Shown here in pieces: positions 39,514-48,668 of a DNA stretch of 64,000 nt. Under the pieces are notes generated by a model. It saw only the letters and a list, made by a program, of their open reading frames with translations, made no database searches and was not told where the DNA came from. Position 1 is the stretch's first letter. Each line of letters begins with the position of its first letter. A program made the position numbers and the translations under genes. Source of the DNA: Bdellovibrionales bacterium (GTDB lineage: Bacteria; Bdellovibrionota; Bdellovibrionia; Bdellovibrionales; UBA1609); the NCBI GenBank assembly GCA_965200875.1, contig OZ241456.1, positions 480,001-544,000 of the forward strand, written 5' to 3'.

Positions 39514-40569
39514 ATGCTAAAAAATATCAGAATTAAAAATTATAAGCTTTTTAAGGATTTTACACTTAAAGATATTCCTCGGATCTTACTGATCGGAGGT
39601 AAAAACAACTGTGGGAAAACCAGTGCTTTAGAGTCAGTATTTTTGCCTTTAGACTGTGCGAACCCAGCTATGTTTATGAATCACTTAAGTGGGAGAGGGT
39701 TAAATACTTTTTCAAATAATTCGGAATCATTGTTTGCACCAGTATACCATAATTTTAACATCAATCAGCCTATAGTGTTTGAGTACACTATCAATAACTC
39801 ACAAAAAAAATTGGAATATAAATTTTTACGCTCCATGCCCGCTTCTTTTGTTGTTCACAAATCTAGAGATTTGTATGGAGTACTGGGTGGAGTAAAAATT
39901 TCTTGCTGGTCAGGAGGAAAAAACACTCACCAAGCTTTTTTAAAACATACAGACATAGGGTTAGAGCTGGTAGAAAACTAGCAACAACAATTAATAAAAC
40001 ATAATGAAGGCACTAAAAGTGTTTTTATACACTCAAACCTTCCCAGCACACAAGACATTTATACGTGTATATATAGTAAATTGGACAGAATAGACAATAC
40101 TGCTAATATTGTAGAAGCATTGCGAATTTTAGAACCCGATCTTAAATCTTTAAGTGTAATCCAATTAAGAAACAAACCAATTCTACATGGGGATATAGGT
40201 ATTGGAAAAAAAATACCGTTGACATTAATAGGCCAAGGGATAGATCATTTCATTTCAATTTTATTAGGTATTGCTGGAGCGAAAAACGATGTTGCATTAA
40301 TTGATGAGATGGAAAAAGGTTTTCACCATTCCGTTCTACCTCGTATATGGAAAATAATAGCAAATTATGCTCAAATCAACAATACGCAGATAATAGCCAC
40401 CACACACAGCAGAGAATTGATGAATGGGGCGGTAAAGGGTATTCCCTCCGAATTAAAAGACGAATTTCAATATATGAGGATAGAAAGAGATGAATATAAT
40501 TTTAAAACAAAAGCATACAACTTTGAATTGTTAAGCACAGCTTTGGAGACAGACTTGGCTATTCGTTAA
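39514..40569 (+). pseudogene. AAA_15/AAA_21 (AbiEii/OLD-type) ATPase interrupted by one in-frame TAG
   Basis: GKNNCGKT before TAG 39979-39981; same frame continues to GQG, LIDEMEKGFH, ATTHS. Confidence 0.85.
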
Positions 40570-40685
40570 ACACTTATATATTTATTATGGATAAGAAAGA
40601 ACTTATTTTAAGGGTGATTCAGTCCATAAATTTTTAAAGTGCTTGGTGAATGTAACAATTTGTGTGTTCTTAATTTTTGTTTGGT

Positions 40686-42401
40686 TCACTTTTTTTCTTC
40701 TTTCATATAGCGATCAAATAAATTCTTGAACAGGGTTTTCTGAAACTGTTTTGGTTTGTGGATAATTTTCCAATATCCTCTTTTTTTCTCTCTTTTCATA
40801 AAGCCTGTTTTTTCCCAATGCTGAAACATTTTTGATAATTGTACTATCTCCGACTGGCTGTCAGACAAACCAAAAAGTCGCCTTGCATCTTTATTGGTAA
40901 CATATCCTCGACGATTATCTCGATAGGCATAATCCCTCAACACTTCTTTAAATGTGTACTCTTCAGCAGGGGAAAACACCCGTGAATCTTGTCCTTCCAG
41001 CTGTACCTGTACCCATCGCTTTAAAAGAATTTTAGCTGATGACTGTTTCTTGTTTTTTTTTGAATAGTCAAATTTTAACAAAAATGGAGAGTGTTCATCA
41101 GATAAAATCTCACCTGTGAGCTTTTTGTGATATTCATCCATATAATGTAAAATCTCTTTCAAAGTTTTATCTTTCCACAATACCAATGCCGCCGATATTT
41201 TATATTTGTCAGGATTATCTAAGTATAGGCTTTTGAATCTTTTAAGAAGTTTTAAAAAGTTTTTATCTGGTTGTTCGTTATATAAAGTGACCGACCATAC
41301 TCCGTAATCATCTGAAAGCTTTTTATATTCAAATAAAGGTTCTTTTTTTCCACTTTCAATCATGGTTTTAAAAATTTTACTTTTACCTGAGCCAAGTTCT
41401 TCTGAAAATTGTGCTTTTCTCAAAATTTTTATTAAAAGTGGATTATGAGAAAAATGATCTACAGAAAATCTCTTGTTTATAAAAGCTTCCGCTGTTGCTG
41501 AACAAGGATTGGAAATCACTATTCTATTTTTAAACAAGTGTACTTCCACACCTATTCCTTGTTTCTCAAAAGTAGAATGGGCCACGGCATTAACTAGGAG
41601 TTCTCTTAATACCAAGTCAGGATATGGCTTTTCTTCCATAACAGATAATGAACCGGGTTTTAAGGTAAGAGGTATTTCCCTTGTCCAAGATTGAATATGT
41701 TGGATACAACCCTCTTGCAACAATCTGTACAGATTTTCTGTCTCTTGTTGGTCTAAAATTTCAGAATTTTCATTATAGTGAATAAGGCGGAAAGTAAACT
41801 CTCCAAATAAAATACCGGAAACATTTTTATTTTTTATATTTAACTTGGATAAAACATTATTTGCAGTTATCTTAGTCCAATAAACATTATCGTTTTTTAA
41901 AAACTGTGCAAAATCCAGAACTAAACCAGAGTTTATACTTTTATTGTAGTTGAAACTCGAAAAATCAAGTCCCGGGCGGTTTAAGTCCATATCTTTTTTT
42001 TGCCCTTGAGACATTTTTATAGTTCGCGATCCAATACGATGATATGATTCGTGATTCCAAGAAACACGTTTATTAGGGTTGATTATTTCAATCAACAAGC
42101 AGTGTTTATTATTTATAACCTCAATGGAAATAGATTTAACAGTGACATACGGATCAAGAAATTGATCAATGTGTGCTTCAATCTGTTGTTGTTGTTTTTT
42201 TATCTTTTCCTGGCTTTGGCAAACCAACAATCCCTTGTCATTCACACCGACAATCAGCCAACCACCTCCTGTGTCGTTATTTCCAATGGCGGAAATACTA
42301 TATCCATGTTCCCTTTGCCATTTTTCTTTAAACTCCACAGATTCACTTTCACTTAACTGACCGGCTGAAAGTTTTTTCAATAGAGTGACTTTTGTGTCCA
42401 T
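40686..42401 (-). CDS. Schlafen/AlbA_2 domain + HATPase_c_4 + C-terminal wHTH protein
   Basis: ESESVEFKE, AIGN..GGWLIVGVND, RELLVNAVAH, ISNP, NPLL, EELGSG motifs. Confidence 0.85.
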   Translation of the reverse strand: MDTKVTLLKKLSAGQLSESESVEFKEKWQREHGYSISAIGNNDTGGGWLIVGVNDKGLLVCQSQEKIKKQQQQIEAHIDQFLDPYVTVKSISIEVINNKHCLLIEIINPNKRVSWNHESYHRIGSRTIKMSQGQKKDMDLNRPGLDFSSFNYNKSINSGLVLDFAQFLKNDNVYWTKITANNVLSKLNIKNKNVSGILFGEFTFRLIHYNENSEILDQQETENLYRLLQEGCIQHIQSWTREIPLTLKPGSLSVMEEKPYPDLVLRELLVNAVAHSTFEKQGIGVEVHLFKNRIVISNPCSATAEAFINKRFSVDHFSHNPLLIKILRKAQFSEELGSGKSKIFKTMIESGKKEPLFEYKKLSDDYGVWSVTLYNEQPDKNFLKLLKRFKSLYLDNPDKYKISAALVLWKDKTLKEILHYMDEYHKKLTGEILSDEHSPFLLKFDYSKKNKKQSSAKILLKRWVQVQLEGQDSRVFSPAEEYTFKEVLRDYAYRDNRRGYVTNKDARRLFGLSDSQSEIVQLSKMFQHWEKTGFMKREKKRGYWKIIHKPKQFQKTLFKNLFDRYMKEEKK

Positions 42402-42461
42402 GTTTCCACCTTAAAATACAGCTCTTAAATCGTCCATACTCTTGAATAAAAATACTCACAG

Positions 42462-42966
42462 CTGAGACGACACGCAGACGACATGAGCTTTAAAAGTGCG
42501 TAATATAGCGGTTTTGAACCAATTTGAGTAGATAATTCTGGCTAAAATGCTTTATTTATCTGAGACAGCAGGGAGACGACATTCAGACGACATGAGCTTT
42601 AAAAGTGCGTAATATAGCGGTTTTGAACCAATTTGAGTAGATAATTCTGGCTAAAATGCTTCATTCATCTGAGACTACAAGGAGACAACATTCAGACGAC
42701 ATAGAGACGACAAGGGCCTTAAAAGTGCGTAAAACAGCTATTTTGAGTCGATTTGGATAGCGTATACAGCCCAAAATGCTTCATTCATCTGAGACAGCAG
42801 GGAGACAACATTCAGACGACATGAGCTTTAAAAGTGCGTAAAACAGCTATTTTGAGTCGATTTGGATAGCGTATACAGCCCAAAATGCTTCATTCATCTG
42901 AGACAGCAGGGAGACAACATTCAGACGACAAGGGCCTTAAAAGTGCGTAAAACAGCTATTTTGAGT
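42462..42966. repeat. Tandem array of about 4.5 units of 109 bp with 11-bp-phased (G/C)AGAC sub-repeats
   Basis: AAAAGTGCGT anchor at 42492, 42601, 42721, 42830, 42939 (periods 109, 120, 109, 109). Confidence 0.95.
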
Positions 42967-43103
42967 TGGTCATCCACTGATATAGGTCTATCTAAAAATT
43001 TGACAATTATGTAAAGATTACACTAGCTATATTTAAAGTTTGGTTTTTTTTAGTGTGTCTTATAAAATCCGTCATTATCAATTAATAAAAAAAGGAGACT
43101 GTT

Positions 43104-43958
43104 ATGAAGATTATAATTGTTTTATTATTTTTAAGTTTAAGTTTTTTTGGATATGGCGAAGATGTCAGAATACCAAATACAAACCTAGAGGATGGTCAAG
43201 AACAAAGTGGAGTTGATAATGGTGATGCTACTTTTTTTGGTTTTATGAGAGATAGGGATAATCATGCAAACATAGAAGGGGCAATACTTCAAGGTGCAGA
43301 ATTAAAACAGTCTCATATAAATCTTTTTACAAGAGCAGACTTGAAAAAGTTCCGAAGAATTAGGCGCGAAGAATGTCTGTACAGGGGTAATCTTGGATTT
43401 GTGCAACGTGTTCAAATTTGGCTGGCTGGTGTTGACTATAAGAAAACTGACTCTTCATGTGGTATAAATAATTATTTTAACGAATATAGATATAAGACAG
43501 ATTTTCGCTTCATGTGCGATTTGAGTGGTGCAGATATGCGCAAAATGGATTTAAGTAGTGCGCTTTTGAACTTTTCGAATTTGTCCGGCACGGATTTGAG
43601 AGGCGCGAATATGTCAAATATACAGGCAATGGGGGTAGATTTTACTGATGCGGATTTAAGTAGTGCGATTTTTCGAGATGCGAATTTGGCACTGGCGATT
43701 TTTCGAGATGTGAATTTGACCGGTGCAGATTTTACTGATGCGGATTTGTTCAGTGTGGACTTTCGTGGTTCAAATTTGACCAATGTGAATTTTACAAATG
43801 CGAATTTATTTAGGGTAAAGTTTGAAAATGCGAATTTGACCGATGCAATTTTTACCGGTGCGAAAGTTAGACCATACCAAGTGGCGTATTTAGAATCACA
43901 GGGTATAAGTGGTTTTGTTGTTGAAGAAGCGCATCTAATGAAAACAGTATTCTTTTAA
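43104..43958 (+). CDS. Secreted pentapeptide-repeat protein
   Basis: Signal peptide, pentapeptide tract, AAGGAG RBS; C-terminus similar to the 21762-22493 protein. Confidence 0.9.
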   Translation: MKIIIVLLFLSLSFFGYGEDVRIPNTNLEDGQEQSGVDNGDATFFGFMRDRDNHANIEGAILQGAELKQSHINLFTRADLKKFRRIRREECLYRGNLGFVQRVQIWLAGVDYKKTDSSCGINNYFNEYRYKTDFRFMCDLSGADMRKMDLSSALLNFSNLSGTDLRGANMSNIQAMGVDFTDADLSSAIFRDANLALAIFRDVNLTGADFTDADLFSVDFRGSNLTNVNFTNANLFRVKFENANLTDAIFTGAKVRPYQVAYLESQGISGFVVEEAHLMKTVFF

Positions 43959-44078
43959 TTTTCATAATTCAATTTTTAGATGTGTCAAAGGAGGCCAAGG
44001 ATTTGACAACGCGTCCGATTTTGTATATCTAAAACATATCTGGAGACTTTATGAATCAAAAGTGAAGGAGTTATTTTT

Positions 44079-47000
44079 ATGGATGATGGTAAAAGCCCCA
44101 TAAAAAAAATATTTCAATTTTTAAAAGAGTTCAACAAATTAAAAACCAAACCTCTGCTAAATATAAAATCGTATCCACAGGTGCTATGGTTTTATGAAAT
44201 TCCAAAGGAAGAAGAATGTTATGTAATAACCCGCCATATACAGGCAGAAAACACTCATTACAATAAATGGATAGAAATTAAAAAACCTAAAAGAACATCT
44301 TACCCAGAGCCTCCCGAAGAAATAAAACCTTGGCTAAAAGAAGGTGTATTAAATCAATACACAAAAGAGCCTCAGCTTTTCTCTTATATTATTTCAGAAC
44401 CAGAAAATGATTTTATGGAACATAAAAATTTTGAAGAGGAAGAAGAGAATAAGAAAATCTTGTTAGAAAATTGTCCTGAAGTCAAAAAGTCCTTTGAAGA
44501 TTATATAAGACAAAAATGGTGGCCTTGGTCTCAGGAAGAACAGCGTCTAGAAACTGTTTCAAAAGTGTATAACAGGTTTTATGAAATGTATAAAAAAAAT
44601 AAAAACCAAGGTGAAGTATATCAAATTGTTTTAGGTCTGGGGTTTTTATGCTCTAAAAATCGGCAGGGGAAAGATATTAAACGACATATTGTTACAGCCC
44701 CTGCCACTATTGATTTTCATTCTGCTACGGGAAAAATCACGGTAAAACCTGCCGAACAGGATGTAGAGCTTTCTTTAGAGATGGATATGTTTCGGGAAAG
44801 TGAGAAACCGGATAATTGTGGTTCACTCAACAATCAATTATCAGAACTCAATAATGATTTCTGGAAAACAAATCTATTTTATAACCACTTAAAATCTTGG
44901 CTTAATAGTCATAATTCCAGCGGACAGTTTTACAATAGGTTTGACAAACCTTCTTCGTCTGAATCCTTTACAACATTAACTGTGTCTCCAGCCGTAATCC
45001 TTAGAAAAAGAAATGAAAGAGCTTTTATTAAATTTTATGATTCAGTTATCAAGGATATGGAAAGCAAAGTCAATTTAAGCCCTTGTTTTAAGCATCTTAT
45101 TGACAAACCTTCGACCCATCATCAGAAAGAAATTTCTCCAGAAAGTGAGAAAAAAGTAAAACCCGCTCTTGCTGAAAAACATTATTTTCCTTTACCCACA
45201 AATGCTGAACAGGAAAAAATAATAGATAAAGTCTTATATCATAATCAAGTGGTTGTGCAAGGGCCACCAGGGACAGGTAAAACACATTCCATTGCTAATT
45301 TAATATGTCATTTTTTAGCTAAAGGTAAAAAAATTATTGTAACAAGCCAAACAGATCGCGCTTTGCGGGTGCTGAGAAACAAACTTCCTGAAGAGATAAA
45401 ACTACTTTGTATTGAGATATTGGGAAAAGATCAGCAGTCTTTTCAGGAGTTAAAAGACTCATTTTCAGCCATTAACGAAAAATATCAAAATTGGTCTGAT
45501 AGTAATATAAATAATACTCAAGCTGATATTAATCAATTAGAGGATAAAGATAACCAATTAGAGGCTGAGTTAGCAAAAATTAAAAATCAATTAATGGATC
45601 TAAAACGATATGAAACCAAACAGTATGAAAAACTTTTTGACTTCTATACAGGAACACCGGCGGTTATAGCAAGTCATGTAAAAGAAGAAGAGAAACAATA
45701 CAGCTGGATCAAAGAGTTTTTTGATACAGAAAGTTCTGTTGAATGTCCTGTTTCCAATAAAGAAGCAAAAGAGTTTTTCATAATTATTAAAAATTTAAAA
45801 AATATTGATGATTCTGTTTTAAAAGAATCTGTAGAGTTTTTGGATAATATTTTTACTCCTCAACAGCTGGAGGAAAAAATAAAGGCCGAGACACAAGCCG
45901 GACAAACTATTGAACAACACAAATCTTATGAGAGCAAAGAAAGTACAATTCATTATAATCCATTAAACGACATAGAGCTTAACCAACTGCAAGGTAAACT
46001 AGCCGTTTTAAAATCAAAAGTGGAAAGTCTTTTAAATAAAAATGAGGAATGGATTACGCGGGCTTTAAATGATTGCCTTGCAGATAAAGACAGGGCATGG
46101 AGATATTTATATGACTTCACAAATAAAACTTTAGATGAACATAGGGAGATATTTCAGTCAGCGGAAGAATTGAAAAATATAAAAGCTCCCTCTCACTTAA
46201 ATAGCAATGATGACCTGAAGGTTCAAAACCTTTTAAAAGATTTTTTTGACAAATATCAATCTGACGAACAAGTGCCGTGGAAATGGTATCAGTCAAAACC
46301 AAAAATGGTTCGAGAACTAAAAGAGATAAAAATTAATGATAAGAAAATTTCTTCTTATGAAGATGTTAAAGAATTTCGGAATTATGTAATTGCCAAAAAT
46401 GTTCAGAAAAAATTAAATAATTACTGGAAAAATCAAGGTGTGAAAACAAATCTCCAAAGGCCACCGTTTTTTTCCAAAAATTATCATATTTTAAAAGATC
46501 TGTTAGAACCTGTGGAGGAATGCTTGTCTGCCCATAAGCTAACAGAAGATATAAAAAAGATTTTATCTCCAAAAAATATTTCTTTGCCTCAATGGACAAA
46601 AGACTCTATTAAAGAAATAATGGAGCTGGTGGAATATATACAAGCCCAAAATGTTTTGGAAAAAATAAAACAAGAATTTAAAAAAACTTTTGCTATTCTG
46701 AAACCTTATGAACAGCAAAAAAATCAGTTTGCAAAAGATATAATGGTTGCCTACAAGAGTAGGGACATAACATCTTATAAAGATATTCTTAATAAAACAA
46801 ACGATTTTAAAATCAAGCAAAAACACTTTTCCAGACTATGTGAAATCAGAAAAAAGTTAAACAATAATAATTTTTATAAAAAATTAAATGAAGATATTAA
46901 AAATCCTGTATGGGAAAGCCAGATTATGTCTTTTGAAAAAGCATGGGCTTGGCAAAGGGCCAACCAGTGGTTAAAAGAACAAACTAGCGAAGAGTTTGTT

Positions 47001-48572
47001 AAAAAGCTTAATCAAGAAAAAGAAGAATTGCGAGAGCAACAAAAAAACAACATGGAGAAATTGGTTTCTAAAAAAGCATGGAGTTTTTGTTTATCAAATC
47101 TGAAAGACTCAGAGCTTTCCAGCTTAAAAGGTTGGATACAATCCATAAGCAAAATGGGTAAAGGCACAGGAATCACAGCCGGAAAACACAGGAAAACAGC
47201 AAAAAAACGAATGGAGGAATGCAAAACAGCCATTCCTGCTTGGATTATGCCACTTTACAGAGTGGTGGAAAATATTAATCCAGCTAATGAACCTTTTGAT
47301 ATTGCTATTATTGATGAAGCTAGCCAAACCGGCCCGGATGGTTTTTTGTTAAACCACTTGGCAAAAAAAATTATCGTGGTGGGAGATAAAGAACAAATCA
47401 GTCCTGAAAATCCAGGGATAAAAGATGAGGATGTTGAAATTCACAAGAAAAAATATCTTTCTGATATTAAGTTTTTTGATTATATTGGAAGAGAATACAG
47501 TTATTATGATTACTGTGAAACTTTATTTACAAAAAGTCATGTTCAATTAAGAGAACATTTTAGATGTATGCCGGAAATTATCCAATTTTCCAATAGTATT
47601 TCTTACTCCGGTACTCCTCTGATTCCTCTGCGTCAATATGGTAGTTCAAGGCTTACCCCTCTTAAAACAACTTATGTTAGAGACGCCATAAGCCAAGTTG
47701 GCAGTGGCAAAGATCCACAAAACGAAAAAGAAGCAAAAGCTATTGTTGCTCAAATTAAAAAGTGTATCAGTGATCCGGCTTATGATGGAAAAACCTTTGG
47801 AGTAATTGTCTTACAAGGCAAAGCTCAAATACAAGTGATTGAATCCGCGCTTTCAGAAATAGACAAAAAAGACCTAGAAGAAAGAAGGATACATGTTGGC
47901 AATGCCTATAATTTTCAGGGAGACGAAAGAGATGTAATTTTTTTAAGCATGGCCGTTGCCAAAGACCGGAGTATTTCAGCCCTTACTAGGGAGACTTATA
48001 AGAAAATGTATAATGTAGCTGGCAGTCGGGCAAAAGATCAAATGTGGCTTTTTCATTCTGTGGAGCGAAATGATCTTTCATCGGAAGATTATCGCCGAAA
48101 ATTACTTTCCCATTGTAAGAGTGATTCTAAACAAATAACTGCTTGGCCACAAAATGAGTTGGAAAAATTATATAGAAAAATTAAAGAAACACAAAATAAA
48201 AAACCAGAAAATGCTCCTGAACTTTTTAGTCGCCCTAATGAAAATTTTGGTAGTTGGTTTGAAGCAAGGGTGTTTCATAAAATAGCTCTTAAAGGTTACC
48301 AAGTGATTCCTCAATTTAAGGTATCTCACTATCGAATAGATATGGTTATTGTTGGTTCTAAAGGGAGATTGGCTTTAGAGTGTGACGGAGATTATTGGCA
48401 CTCAGGGGAAAAAAAAGAAATGGAAGACCAAGACAGACAAGGGCAACTGGAAAGATGTGGCTGGACATTTTGGCGATTAAGAGAAAGTGTGTTTAACAGA
48501 GATGAAGAATCAGCTTTAAAAAGCTTATGGGAGCGACTGGATAAAATGAAAATATATCCTTTAAGGACTTAA
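44079..48572 (+). CDS. SF1 (Upf1/DNA2-like) helicase with C-terminal Vsr/MTES_1575-like nuclease
   Basis: QGPPGTGKT, IIDEASQ, VGDKEQ, LREHFRC, FQGDERD, NVAGSRAK; SWFE..V, YRIDMV..LALECDGDYWH. Confidence 0.9.
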   Translation: MDDGKSPIKKIFQFLKEFNKLKTKPLLNIKSYPQVLWFYEIPKEEECYVITRHIQAENTHYNKWIEIKKPKRTSYPEPPEEIKPWLKEGVLNQYTKEPQLFSYIISEPENDFMEHKNFEEEEENKKILLENCPEVKKSFEDYIRQKWWPWSQEEQRLETVSKVYNRFYEMYKKNKNQGEVYQIVLGLGFLCSKNRQGKDIKRHIVTAPATIDFHSATGKITVKPAEQDVELSLEMDMFRESEKPDNCGSLNNQLSELNNDFWKTNLFYNHLKSWLNSHNSSGQFYNRFDKPSSSESFTTLTVSPAVILRKRNERAFIKFYDSVIKDMESKVNLSPCFKHLIDKPSTHHQKEISPESEKKVKPALAEKHYFPLPTNAEQEKIIDKVLYHNQVVVQGPPGTGKTHSIANLICHFLAKGKKIIVTSQTDRALRVLRNKLPEEIKLLCIEILGKDQQSFQELKDSFSAINEKYQNWSDSNINNTQADINQLEDKDNQLEAELAKIKNQLMDLKRYETKQYEKLFDFYTGTPAVIASHVKEEEKQYSWIKEFFDTESSVECPVSNKEAKEFFIIIKNLKNIDDSVLKESVEFLDNIFTPQQLEEKIKAETQAGQTIEQHKSYESKESTIHYNPLNDIELNQLQGKLAVLKSKVESLLNKNEEWITRALNDCLADKDRAWRYLYDFTNKTLDEHREIFQSAEELKNIKAPSHLNSNDDLKVQNLLKDFFDKYQSDEQVPWKWYQSKPKMVRELKEIKINDKKISSYEDVKEFRNYVIAKNVQKKLNNYWKNQGVKTNLQRPPFFSKNYHILKDLLEPVEECLSAHKLTEDIKKILSPKNISLPQWTKDSIKEIMELVEYIQAQNVLEKIKQEFKKTFAILKPYEQQKNQFAKDIMVAYKSRDITSYKDILNKTNDFKIKQKHFSRLCEIRKKLNNNNFYKKLNEDIKNPVWESQIMSFEKAWAWQRANQWLKEQTSEEFVKKLNQEKEELREQQKNNMEKLVSKKAWSFCLSNLKDSELSSLKGWIQSISKMGKGTGITAGKHRKTAKKRMEECKTAIPAWIMPLYRVVENINPANEPFDIAIIDEASQTGPDGFLLNHLAKKIIVVGDKEQISPENPGIKDEDVEIHKKKYLSDIKFFDYIGREYSYYDYCETLFTKSHVQLREHFRCMPEIIQFSNSISYSGTPLIPLRQYGSSRLTPLKTTYVRDAISQVGSGKDPQNEKEAKAIVAQIKKCISDPAYDGKTFGVIVLQGKAQIQVIESALSEIDKKDLEERRIHVGNAYNFQGDERDVIFLSMAVAKDRSISALTRETYKKMYNVAGSRAKDQMWLFHSVERNDLSSEDYRRKLLSHCKSDSKQITAWPQNELEKLYRKIKETQNKKPENAPELFSRPNENFGSWFEARVFHKIALKGYQVIPQFKVSHYRIDMVIVGSKGRLALECDGDYWHSGEKKEMEDQDRQGQLERCGWTFWRLRESVFNRDEESALKSLWERLDKMKIYPLRT

Positions 48573-48580
48573 CCAACCTG

Positions 48581-48609
48581 TTGATTTTCAGGATATAGGT
48601 TGTTATATG
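48581..48609 (+). promoter_or_regulatory. Putative promoter TTGATT-17-TATATG with extended -10 TG
   Basis: Upstream of mod; shares TTGATTTTCAGGA and TGTTATAT with 5705-5733. Confidence 0.45.
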
Positions 48610-48668
48610 TTAAAGTAGTTCAGCAGAATAGGTTAGTAAATGGACTTAAATGGATAAGGTGAAACATT

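Noticed and set aside
20611..39981. Alternative genetic code explaining the in-frame stops
   Set aside because: The two stops differ (TAA and TAG), and both codons end ordinary genes elsewhere in the window.
42462..42966. CRISPR array
   Set aside because: The variable segments are homologous and repeated (AABBB), the period is 109 bp, and there are no cas genes.
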